From: Bacteroidaceae bacterium
Lineage (GTDB): Bacteria > Bacteroidota > Bacteroidia > Bacteroidales > Barnesiellaceae_A
Direction of reading: 5' to 3'
NCBI GenBank assembly: GCA_017531985.1
Contig: JAFXJY010000017.1
Coordinates: 29,690 to 93,689, forward strand
Length of the DNA stretch: 64,000 nt
The position numbers and the translations under genes were made by a program. The notes under the pieces were generated by a model. That model ran no database searches and had not been told where the DNA came from. It saw only the letters and a program-made list of their open reading frames with translations. Position 1 is the first letter of the stretch, and each line of letters starts with the position of its first letter. Of the stretch, positions 46,816-55,338 are shown in pieces.

Positions 46816-46938
46816 ACAAAGATAGTGGTAAGCGAGCGAGAAATATCAAACTTGTTTGAATATTTTTCACAGCGAGCAAAAGTATCTTCGCGGTTTACTG
46901 CAAAGATAAGAATTATTGGCAAACAATTCTTATCTTTG
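46816..46938 (-). repeat. Single copy of the 84-bp promoter-bearing unit (homolog of the thyA tandem repeat), bracketed by TATCTTTG boxes and a 14-bp perfect inverted repeat
   Basis: Minus-strand TATCTTTG boxes at 46901..46908 and 46816..46823. The sequence between them is about 80% identical to the units at 15761..16012. The palindrome caaagataagaatt/aattcttatctttg spans 46901..46938. Confidence 0.8.
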
Positions 46939-46940
46939 AT

Positions 46941-46973
46941 AAAAAAAATACCACCCTAAAATGTTAGGATGGT
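46941..46973 (-). terminator. Rho-independent terminator of the tRNA-Val cluster
   Basis: On the minus strand, a 9-bp stem ccatcctaa / ttagggtgg (one C-A mismatch) followed by a 9-T run. Confidence 0.7.
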
Positions 46974-46986
46974 GATGAATCTTTTG

Positions 46987-47061
46987 TGGGCGTTGACGGA
47001 TTCGAACCGCCGACCCTCTGCTTGTAAGGCAGATGCTCTAAACCAGCTGAGCTAAACGCCC
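46987..47061 (-). tRNA. tRNA-Val (anticodon TAC), copy 1
   Basis: Reverse complement GGGCGTTTAGCTCAGCTGGTTTAGAGCATCTGCCTTACAAGCAGAGGGTCGGCGGTTCGAATCCGTCAACGCCCA; anticodon loop CTTACAA. Confidence 0.9.
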
Positions 47062-47115
47062 TCGTAAGGAAGAGTGCCGAGGCACCCTCTGGGAATATAT
47101 AAAGTTGAATAATGG

Positions 47116-47190
47116 TGGGCGTTGACGGATTCGAACCGCCGACCCTCTGCTTGTAAGGCAGATGCTCTAAACCAGCTGAGCTAAACGCCC
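47116..47190 (-). tRNA. tRNA-Val (anticodon TAC), copy 2 (identical)
   Basis: Identical 75-nt sequence, 129-bp period. Confidence 0.9.
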
Positions 47191-47244
47191 ATTATACTTT
47201 TCGAGTGGTTTGTTTCTCTCGCATGAGAAGCCGTTTTGTCTCGG

Positions 47245-47319
47245 TGGGCGTTGACGGATTCGAACCGCCGACCCTCTGCTTGTAAGGCAGATGCTCTAAA
47301 CCAGCTGAGCTAAACGCCC
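47245..47319 (-). tRNA. tRNA-Val (anticodon TAC), copy 3 (identical)
   Basis: Identical 75-nt sequence. A minus-strand TACCTTTG box at 47344..47351 is the likely promoter. Confidence 0.9.
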
Positions 47320-47414
47320 GAGTTGTATTATCGAAAAGCGATGCAAAGGTAATACTAATTTTTGATTCACAAAACAATTTCGCAAAAATATTTCAAAAAA
47401 CTAATAAATAATGC

Positions 47415-47422
47415 TATCTTTG
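47415..47422 (+). promoter_or_regulatory. -7 promoter box TATCTTTG upstream of purB
   Basis: Exact TAnnTTTG match 27 nt upstream of the ATG at 47449. Divergent from the tRNA-Val promoter. Confidence 0.6.
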
Positions 47423-47448
47423 CACTCACAACCGTAATAAATTCGATT

Positions 47449-48792
47449 ATGCAAATCACCCCATTAACAGCTGTGTCGCCCATCGATGGACGTTATCATA
47501 GCAAAACGGCCTCTTTATCGGCCTATTTTTCGGAGTTGGCTCTTATCCGTTACCGTGTGCGTGTAGAGATAGAGTACTTTATAGCCATATGCGAGTTGCC
47601 CCTTCCTCAGTTGGAGACTGTTGACAAAGCAGTGTTTGAGGAATTGCGTGATATATATCGTAACTTTACGCAAGAAGATGCTGCCCGCATAAAGGAGATA
47701 GAGGCGGTAACCAACCATGATGTAAAGGCCGTAGAGTATTTTATCAAAGAGCAATTTGACCGTCTGGGGTTGGAACGATATAAAGAGTTTATACATTTCG
47801 GTCTGACATCGCAGGATATTAATAATACAGCCGTTCCCTTGTCTATTAAGGAGGCTATCTATGAAGTGTATCTGCCCATGCTCAACGAGATGTTGTCGAT
47901 ACTGAACGGATATGCCGAAGAGTGGGCTGATATACCCATGCTTGCCAAGACACATGGACAACCGGCATCTCCTACACGCCTTGGCAAGGAAGTGCGAGTG
48001 TTTACATATCGTCTCGAACAGCAGGTTGAGCAGTTGCGTAACATACCCATCAGTGGCAAATTTGGTGGAGCAACGGGTAATTTCAATGCACACCGCACTG
48101 CCTATCCCACTATCGACTGGCCTGCCTTTGGTGCATCGTTTCTGCACAATAATCTGGGAATAGAGCGAGAGGCGTATACTACACAGATATCCAATTATGA
48201 TAACTTGGCGGCTCTCTTCGATGCTATGCGTCGCATCAATACGATTATTATTGACCTTGATCGCGACTTCTGGCAATATATATCGATGGAATATTTTAAG
48301 CAGAAGATTAAGGCCGGAGAGGTGGGTTCATCGGCAATGCCTCACAAGGTCAATCCTATCGACTTTGAGAACTCGGAGGGTAACCTCGGTATAGCCAATG
48401 CAATCTATGAACATCTTGCAGGTAAATTGCCCATCTCTCGTTTGCAACGCGACCTGACCGACTCGACAGTGTTGCGTAATGTAGGTGTACCTATGGCACA
48501 TACATTAATAGCCATAAGCAGTACCATCAAGGGCTTAGGTAAGCTATTGCTCAACCGTCAGGCCATAGAGCGAGACTTGGATAATATGTGGAATGTTGTG
48601 GCCGAAGGAATACAGACCATCTTGCGTCGCGAGGGCTATCCTCAACCTTATGAGACACTCAAAGCTCTTACACGCACCAATGCTGTAATAGATGAGCAAG
48701 CTATCAGTGCATTTATCGATACACTCAATGTGTCGGATGAAGTGAAGGAGGAGTTGCATCGCCTCTCACCGCAATCCTATACCGGTTTCTGA
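47449..48792 (+). CDS. purB: Adenylosuccinate lyase
   Basis: ORF 47362..48792; the start is at MQITPLTAVSPIDGRY. Fumarate-lyase signature GSSAMPHKVNP. Confidence 0.95.
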   Translation: MQITPLTAVSPIDGRYHSKTASLSAYFSELALIRYRVRVEIEYFIAICELPLPQLETVDKAVFEELRDIYRNFTQEDAARIKEIEAVTNHDVKAVEYFIKEQFDRLGLERYKEFIHFGLTSQDINNTAVPLSIKEAIYEVYLPMLNEMLSILNGYAEEWADIPMLAKTHGQPASPTRLGKEVRVFTYRLEQQVEQLRNIPISGKFGGATGNFNAHRTAYPTIDWPAFGASFLHNNLGIEREAYTTQISNYDNLAALFDAMRRINTIIIDLDRDFWQYISMEYFKQKIKAGEVGSSAMPHKVNPIDFENSEGNLGIANAIYEHLAGKLPISRLQRDLTDSTVLRNVGVPMAHTLIAISSTIKGLGKLLLNRQAIERDLDNMWNVVAEGIQTILRREGYPQPYETLKALTRTNAVIDEQAISAFIDTLNVSDEVKEELHRLSPQSYTGF

Positions 48793-49075
48793 TGTGAATG
48801 AAGATGTTGCTATATTAAAAGAGGTTAAAAAGTGGAGTGGGGATAAACTTTGAACAACTTTATCTGTTACGTTAACAAACCCTTGCCACTTTTTAGCTCT
48901 TTTATGATGGAAAATTAAAAAATACTTTGCAACTTTGCATTCAAAATAAAAAGAGAGTATCCAAGTAAAAACCTTAATGAGACAGATAACTCTAACAGAA
49001 AAATAAAAACAAAGAAAAGAGATATATACACAGCCGAGAGGCTAACAATTATAAACAATTAAATAAATTACGTAC

Positions 49076-50596
49076 ATGGACGAAGAAAAGAAAGTAAAAC
49101 GCCCCCGTATTAATGAAAGTCGCGGTGCGATGCACGAAGATTTTACCGCAAACACAGAGAAAAATGTAGAAAACGGTACTCACGATTATCAATCATCGAC
49201 TTACGGTAGTGAACGCCCCTCGTATAATGGCGAACGTCGTCACTATAACAATGGAGGCTATAACAACAATCGCAACGGTTATAATAACAATCGTTACAAT
49301 AACGGCGGTTATAACAATCGCTACAATAATAACGGTGGTTACAACAATAATCGCTACAACAATCGTTACAATAACAATAATGTCGATGGCGAAAATGCCG
49401 AAGCGGCTAATGGTTATAATCAAGAAGGTGGTTATACCGGCAACCGTGGTGGTTATAACAATAATCGCGGTGGCTATAATAACCGTGGCTACAATAACAA
49501 TCGTGGCGGCTACAACAACAACCGTTACAACAACAACGGTTATAACAATCGCTACAACAATAATGGTGGCTATAACAATAATCGCTACAACAATCGTTAC
49601 AACAATAATGCCGATGGTGAAAATGTCGAAGTAACTAACGGCTACAACCAAGAAGGTGGTTACTCCAACAATCGTGGTGGATATAACAACCGTGGCGGAT
49701 ATAATAACAATAGAAACTTCAACAATCGCGGTGGTTACAACAATAATCGTGGTGGTTATAATAACAACCGTGGTGGCTACAATAATAACAATCGTAACAA
49801 TCAACGCGGTGGATTTAACAAACGATTTACACCACGTCCACAACGCATTGAGTATGAATTGCCACCGATCGATCCTACACAACCCATCCGATTAAACAAA
49901 TTCCTTGCCAATGCCGGTATATGTTCACGTCGAGAGGCTGATGAATTTATACAAGCAGGCGAGGTGCAAGTAAATGGCACAGTTGTTACCGAACTTGGTT
50001 CGAAAATTACTCCTGCCGACATCGTAACATTCCGCGGACAAGAAGTGGGTCTTGAAAGCAAGGTGTATGTCCTACTCAACAAACCCAAAGATTGTGTGAC
50101 AACAGCCGATGATCCCCAAGGTCGTCTCACTGTGATGGATATTGTTCGCAATGCATGTTCCGAGCGTATCTATCCTGTTGGCCGACTCGACCGAAATACC
50201 ACCGGCGTGCTTTTGCTCACCAATGATGGCGATTTGGCTTCAAAATTGACACATCCGCAGTTTATTAAGAAAAAAATCTACCATGTGTGGACAGATAAGG
50301 ATGTAACCGAGGAAGATATGCAACGCATCGCCGATGGTATAGAACTTGACGATGGCAATATCCACGCCGATGCAGTAAGCTATGCCACTGAGACCGATCG
50401 TAATCAGGTAGGTATAGAGATACACTCAGGACGCAACCGTATAGTGCGTCGCATATTTGAAGCTCTTGGTTATCACGTTATAAAACTTGATCGCGTGTAC
50501 TTTGCCGGTCTTACCAAGAAAAATTTGCCTCGTGGACGTTGGCGTTATCTTACACAAGCCGAGGTAAACATGCTCATGATGGGCTCGTTCGAGTAA
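49076..50596 (+). CDS. rluB: RluB/RsuA-family pseudouridine synthase with a long N/G/R/Y low-complexity N-terminal extension
   Basis: S4 domain IRLNKFLANAGICSRREADEFI, catalytic motif GRLDRNTTGVLLLTNDG, and about 215 aa of GGYNNNR-type repeats at the N-terminus. Confidence 0.85.
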   Translation: MDEEKKVKRPRINESRGAMHEDFTANTEKNVENGTHDYQSSTYGSERPSYNGERRHYNNGGYNNNRNGYNNNRYNNGGYNNRYNNNGGYNNNRYNNRYNNNNVDGENAEAANGYNQEGGYTGNRGGYNNNRGGYNNRGYNNNRGGYNNNRYNNNGYNNRYNNNGGYNNNRYNNRYNNNADGENVEVTNGYNQEGGYSNNRGGYNNRGGYNNNRNFNNRGGYNNNRGGYNNNRGGYNNNNRNNQRGGFNKRFTPRPQRIEYELPPIDPTQPIRLNKFLANAGICSRREADEFIQAGEVQVNGTVVTELGSKITPADIVTFRGQEVGLESKVYVLLNKPKDCVTTADDPQGRLTVMDIVRNACSERIYPVGRLDRNTTGVLLLTNDGDLASKLTHPQFIKKKIYHVWTDKDVTEEDMQRIADGIELDDGNIHADAVSYATETDRNQVGIEIHSGRNRIVRRIFEALGYHVIKLDRVYFAGLTKKNLPRGRWRYLTQAEVNMLMMGSFE

Positions 50597-50669
50597 TACC
50601 AAGTAAGAAAATAATTCGCCACCGCTACTTCTTGTCGAAGGGCGGTGGTTATTAAAGAAATAAATAAAA

Positions 50670-52067
50670 ATGGAAACACTGAGAAGAACAAAAATAGCAG
50701 ATGTATTCAACCCCTCGCTCATAGGTTCGACTGTGTGTGTAAAAGGTTGGGTGCGTACACGTCGCGGTAATAAGCACGTTAACTTTATAGCTCTTAATGA
50801 TGGTAGCACCATCAAGAACATACAAGTTGTAGTCGACCTTGCCAACTTTGATGAAGAGACACTTAAACCTATAACAACCGGTGCAAGCCTTTGTGTTGTG
50901 GGAAAACTTGTAGAGTCGATGGGTAAGGGTCAAACAGCCGAAATACAGGCTGAGAAGATAGAGATATATGGCACAGCCGATCCCGAGCAATATCCCTTGC
51001 AAAAGAAAGGTCATAGTCTCGAGTTTCTACGCGAGATAGCTCACTTGCGTCCTCGTACCAATACCTTTGGAGCAGTGTTGCGTATCCGTCACCACATGGC
51101 CTATGCCATACACAAATACTATAACGATCACGGATTTTTCTACCTTCACACACCACTTATCACAGCAAGCGACTGTGAGGGTGCCGGTGCTATGTTCCAA
51201 GTGACAACTCTCGACCTCAACGAGTTGCCTCGCAACGAGGAGGGTAAGATTGACTATGCACAAGACTTCTTTGGTAAACAGACCAGCCTGACTGTGTCGG
51301 GACAACTTGAAGGTGAGCTTGGAGCCACTGCATTGGGTGCTATCTACACTTTTGGTCCTACATTCCGTGCCGAAAATTCTAACACTCCTCGCCACTTGGC
51401 AGAGTTCTGGATGATAGAACCCGAGGTCGCTTTCAATGATATTACCGACAATATGGATCTTGCCGAGGACTTCCTTAAATATTGTATCAACTATGCACTT
51501 GACAACTGCATGGATGATCTTAACTTCCTCAGTGAGATGTATGACAAGGAGTTGATCGACCGATTGCGTTTTGTGGTAGATAACGACTTCGTGCGTCTGC
51601 CCTATACCGAAGGTATTAAGATACTCGAAGCCTCGGGCGAAAAATTTGAATTCCCCGTATATTGGGGTGCCGACCTCCAATCGGAGCATGAGCGTTACTT
51701 GGTAGAGAAACACTTCAAGAAACCTGTTATCCTCACCGACTATCCCAAGGAGATAAAGGCTTTCTATATGAAACTCAATGATGACAACAAGACTGTGCGT
51801 GCCATGGATGTACTCTTCCCCCGCATCGGTGAAATCATCGGAGGCTCAGAGCGTGAAGCCGATTACAATAAGTTGCTTGGTCGCATCGAAGAGATGAATA
51901 TTCCCATGAAAGATATGTGGTGGTATCTCGATACCCGTCGTTTCGGTACAGTGCCTCACGCTGGTTTCGGTCTCGGTTTCGAGCGTCTGTTGCTCTTTGT
52001 GACAGGTATGACAAACATTCGCGATGTAATACCTTTCCCCCGTACACCCAAGTCGGCAGAATTTTAA
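50670..52067 (+). CDS. asnS: Asparagine--tRNA ligase
   Basis: 465 aa. N-terminal OB fold (V.GWVRT.R....V.FI.LNDGS); class II motifs ([13 protein letters not shown]). Confidence 0.95.
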   Translation: METLRRTKIADVFNPSLIGSTVCVKGWVRTRRGNKHVNFIALNDGSTIKNIQVVVDLANFDEETLKPITTGASLCVVGKLVESMGKGQTAEIQAEKIEIYGTADPEQYPLQKKGHSLEFLREIAHLRPRTNTFGAVLRIRHHMAYAIHKYYNDHGFFYLHTPLITASDCEGAGAMFQVTTLDLNELPRNEEGKIDYAQDFFGKQTSLTVSGQLEGELGATALGAIYTFGPTFRAENSNTPRHLAEFWMIEPEVAFNDITDNMDLAEDFLKYCINYALDNCMDDLNFLSEMYDKELIDRLRFVVDNDFVRLPYTEGIKILEASGEKFEFPVYWGADLQSEHERYLVEKHFKKPVILTDYPKEIKAFYMKLNDDNKTVRAMDVLFPRIGEIIGGSEREADYNKLLGRIEEMNIPMKDMWWYLDTRRFGTVPHAGFGLGFERLLLFVTGMTNIRDVIPFPRTPKSAEF

Positions 52068-52090
52068 AGAGAACAAATACTTTATATCAG

Positions 52091-52118
52091 AACGCATCGC
52101 TTGTCGGTGCGTTTTTTT
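52091..52118 (+). terminator. Rho-independent terminator of asnS
   Basis: Stem aacgcatcg / cggtgcgtt followed by a 7-T run. Confidence 0.75.
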
Positions 52119-52144
52119 ATATTGTAATGAAGAGTGTTTTTTAT

Positions 52145-52152
52145 TACCTTTG
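52145..52152 (+). promoter_or_regulatory. -7 promoter box TACCTTTG for the stand-alone FISUMP/DUF1566-like gene
   Basis: Exact TAnnTTTG match 31 nt upstream of the ATG at 52183. Confidence 0.55.
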
Positions 52153-52182
52153 TCGAAAAAATAAACAATAACACATTGTAAG

Positions 52183-52824
52183 ATGAGATGCAAGAGTTAT
52201 GATCATGACCAATGCAATGATGATGTTGATTCTCATAAGCAAGTGGATGCAAAATTGGTAAATGTACATGCGTATATCGATTTAGGATTGCCATCCGGTG
52301 TGAAGTGGGCTACTTGTAATATAGGTGCTTCTCTCCCCGAGGAATGTGGCAACTATTATGCTTGGGGCGAAGTAGAAACGAAGAGTGAGTATCTATATGA
52401 GGAGTGTGTAACGTATGAGAAAAGCATCGATAGTATAGATGGTGATGAGAGATATGATGTTGCCAGAGCCTATTGGGGTGAAGCTTGGCGAATTCCTACA
52501 CAGCAGGAGTTTCAAGAACTGATAGACAACTGTACATGGGTGTGGGATGAACAGAAGAAGTGTTATAACGTCATTGGGAAAAATGGCAATTGTATTATCC
52601 TGCCGGCTACCGGATGGTTTTATGGTGAAAGTATCAAGGGTAGAGGAGAGTATGGAACATATTGGAGTGCTACAAGCTATAAAAGTGATGAGCGTGTAGA
52701 CCTCAATGAAAATATACGGGAGGAGGCCTATTATTTCTATTGCGATGATAGTGGTGAGCGTTTCGTCAGTTGGGGCAATCGCGGTGTAGGTCGTGCTGTG
52801 CGACCGGTGTGCGATGCACTCTGA
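52183..52824 (+). CDS. Stand-alone Cys-rich FISUMP/DUF1566-like domain protein (paralog of the kinase C-terminus)
   Basis: 213 aa. [17 protein letters not shown]...YYAWGE...WRIPT..EF.EL..NCTW...LPATG...YWSAT...VRPVCD is collinear with 13423..14979 residues ~345-518. No signal peptide; an in-frame stop lies immediately upstream. Confidence 0.75.
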   Translation: MRCKSYDHDQCNDDVDSHKQVDAKLVNVHAYIDLGLPSGVKWATCNIGASLPEECGNYYAWGEVETKSEYLYEECVTYEKSIDSIDGDERYDVARAYWGEAWRIPTQQEFQELIDNCTWVWDEQKKCYNVIGKNGNCIILPATGWFYGESIKGRGEYGTYWSATSYKSDERVDLNENIREEAYYFYCDDSGERFVSWGNRGVGRAVRPVCDAL

Positions 52825-52933
52825 TAGAATACTGCTAAGAATAAAGTCGTTAGTTGAGGAGTATATATGGAGTAAAAAAGAGATAGATAAAAGTTTTTTC
52901 TTCATTTTCATGTGTTTGCAACGGAACTTTCAC

Positions 52934-52941
52934 TATCTTTG
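52934..52941 (+). promoter_or_regulatory. -7 promoter box TATCTTTG upstream of pnp
   Basis: Exact TAnnTTTG match 35 nt upstream of the ATG at 52976. Confidence 0.6.
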
Positions 52942-52975
52942 CACGATTTTTAATGGAAAGAAAAATAAAGATTTT

Positions 52976-55210
52976 ATGAATGTCGTAAAAAAGACCATCG
53001 ATCTGGGTGATGGAAGAACCATTACCATCGAGACCGGCAAGTTGGCGAAGCAAGCCGATGGTGCGGTAGAGGTACGCATGGGCAACACAATGTTGCTTGC
53101 CACAGTGTGCTCGGCACGCGAAGCCGGTGAGGGTGTTGACTTTATGCCCTTGCAAGTAGAGTACAAAGAGAAATTTTCAGCTTTCGGACGTTTTCCCGGT
53201 GGATTTACCAAGCGTGAGGGACGTGCCTCGGATTATGAAATCCTTACAGCCCGTCTTGTAGACCGCGTATTGCGTCCGTTGTTCCCCGATAATTATCATG
53301 CCGATACATTTGTAAACATTACTATGTTCTCGGCTGATGGTGTTGATATTCCCGATGCATTGGCCGGTTTGGCCGCTTCGGCAGCTATTGCTGTGTCGGA
53401 CATACCTTTCAATGGTCCTATCTCGGAAGTGCGTGTAGCTCGTGTGGATGGAAAGTTCCGCATTAATCCCACATTCGAAGAGCTTGAACGTGCCGACATG
53501 GACTTGATGGTGGGTGCTACCTACGACAACATCATGATGGTGGAAGGTGAGATGAATGAAGTGTCGGAGCAAGATTTGCTCGAAGCATTAAAGACCGCTC
53601 ATGATGCTATCAAGGTTCACTGCCGCGTGCAAGAAGAACTTGCCGAGGCCGTTGGCTCGACTGTTAAGCGTGAGTATTGTCACGAAATTAATGATGAAGA
53701 GTTGCGTGCTGATGTCAAGGCTAAGTGCTACGACAAGGCCTATGCCATAGCTCGTCAAGGTAATGCCGATAAGCACGGTCGCATGGAAGCCTTTGAAGCC
53801 GTTTGCCAAGAGTACTTGGATGCTATGACCGAGGAGGAGCGTGACGAGAAAGAATCGCTCGTTCGTCGTTACTATCATGATGTAGAGAAAGAAGCTATGC
53901 GTCGATGTGTACTCGATGAGGGAGTGCGTTTGGATGGTCGCAAGACAACTGAGATACGTCCCATCTGGTGCGAGGTTGACTACATTCCCGGCCCTCATGG
54001 CTCGGCAGTCTTTACTCGTGGCGAAACACAATCACTCTCAACCGTTACATTGGGTACAAAACTCGATGAGAAACTCTTAGACGATGTACTCAATCAAGGT
54101 CATGATCGCTTCTTGTTGCACTATAACTTCCCTCCCTTCTCAACCGGTGAAGCTAAGCCCGTTCGTGGTGTAGGTCGTCGTGAGATAGGTCATGGTAACT
54201 TAGCCAATCGTGCATTGAAGAGCATGATTCCTGCCGACTATCCCTATTGCATTCGTGTCGTATCGGATATCCTTGAATCGAACGGTTCGTCATCGATGGC
54301 CACCGTATGTGCAGGTACTCTTGCGTTGATGGATGCTGGTGTGAAGATTAAGAAACCGGTATCGGGTATCGCTATGGGATTGATTACCGATAACTCTAAA
54401 TATGCAGTCCTCTCGGACATCCTCGGAGATGAAGACCACTTGGGCGATATGGACTTTAAGGTGACAGGTACTCGCGATGGTATTACTGCTACGCAGATGG
54501 ATATCAAGGTTGATGGCTTGTCTTATGAGATTCTTGAAAAGGCACTTCTCCAAGCTCGTGAAGGTCGTATGCACATTCTTGACAAGATAGAGGCTACTAT
54601 TGCCGAGCCTCGTGCCGATCTCAAACCCCACGCACCCCGCATTGAGACGATGGTCATACCTAAGGAATTGATAGGTGCTGTGATAGGTCCGGGCGGAAAG
54701 ATTATACAAGGTATCCAAGAGGCCAGCGGTGCTACTGTAACTATCGAAGAGATAGATGGTGAGGGTCACATCGAAATATCGGCTCCCGGTCGTGATGCTA
54801 TCAACGAGGCATTGCGTCGTATCAAAGCTATTACGCAACAACCCGAAGTAGGCGAAACTTACACAGGTGTTGTGAAGTCGATTCTTGCATTCGGTGCATT
54901 TGTCGAGTTTATGCCCGGTAAGGATGGTCTGCTCCACATCTCGGAGATAGGTTGGAATCGCATCGACAGTATGGAAAATTCGGGTATCAAAGAGGGCGAT
55001 GAACTTACTGTGAAATTGCTCGAAATAGACCCCAAGACAGGTAAATTCCGTCTCTCTATGAAGGCTCTTCAACCCCGTCCCGAAGGTTATGTAGAACCTG
55101 AGCGTCGCGAACGTAGAGAACCTCGCGGTGATCGCGGTGACCGTCGCAACAACAATCGTCGTGAGTTCCGTGGTGATCGTCGCAACGAGCGTGATGACAA
55201 CAACGAATAA
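52976..55210 (+). CDS. pnp: Polyribonucleotide nucleotidyltransferase (PNPase)
   Basis: ORF 52793..55210; the start is at [14 protein letters not shown]. Two RNase PH domains, KH and S1 domains. R/D/E/N-rich C-terminal tail. Confidence 0.95.
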   Translation: MNVVKKTIDLGDGRTITIETGKLAKQADGAVEVRMGNTMLLATVCSAREAGEGVDFMPLQVEYKEKFSAFGRFPGGFTKREGRASDYEILTARLVDRVLRPLFPDNYHADTFVNITMFSADGVDIPDALAGLAASAAIAVSDIPFNGPISEVRVARVDGKFRINPTFEELERADMDLMVGATYDNIMMVEGEMNEVSEQDLLEALKTAHDAIKVHCRVQEELAEAVGSTVKREYCHEINDEELRADVKAKCYDKAYAIARQGNADKHGRMEAFEAVCQEYLDAMTEEERDEKESLVRRYYHDVEKEAMRRCVLDEGVRLDGRKTTEIRPIWCEVDYIPGPHGSAVFTRGETQSLSTVTLGTKLDEKLLDDVLNQGHDRFLLHYNFPPFSTGEAKPVRGVGRREIGHGNLANRALKSMIPADYPYCIRVVSDILESNGSSSMATVCAGTLALMDAGVKIKKPVSGIAMGLITDNSKYAVLSDILGDEDHLGDMDFKVTGTRDGITATQMDIKVDGLSYEILEKALLQAREGRMHILDKIEATIAEPRADLKPHAPRIETMVIPKELIGAVIGPGGKIIQGIQEASGATVTIEEIDGEGHIEISAPGRDAINEALRRIKAITQQPEVGETYTGVVKSILAFGAFVEFMPGKDGLLHISEIGWNRIDSMENSGIKEGDELTVKLLEIDPKTGKFRLSMKALQPRPEGYVEPERRERREPRGDRGDRRNNNRREFRGDRRNERDDNNE

Positions 55211-55231
55211 TATTTGTTGAAATATATTTAC

Positions 55232-55271
55232 AACACCGAGTCGCTACAATAAGTGACTCGGTGTTATTTTA
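55232..55271 (+). terminator. Rho-independent terminator of pnp
   Basis: 11-bp stem aacaccgagtc / gactcggtgtt followed by a T-rich tract. Confidence 0.75.
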
Positions 55272-55338
55272 TGGCTATAAGTTGTGTTTGGGTCACTATT
55301 TTTTGTATTTTTGCACACACATCTATCATATATTCCTA

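Noticed and set aside
46767-46908. glmS ribozyme in the glmS 5' leader
   Set aside because: The leader is occupied by the 84-bp promoter unit and an AT-rich tract. I could not see the conserved GC-rich glmS ribozyme core, and from memory that ribozyme is mainly a Firmicutes feature.
49193-49895. Alternative-frame ORFs (229 aa minus strand; 141 aa and 79 aa plus strand) rich in I/V/T
   Set aside because: They are artefacts of the low-complexity AAC/AAT/GGT/CGT repeat DNA that encodes the RluB N-terminal tract. Their composition is implausible and they lie entirely within a better-supported CDS.
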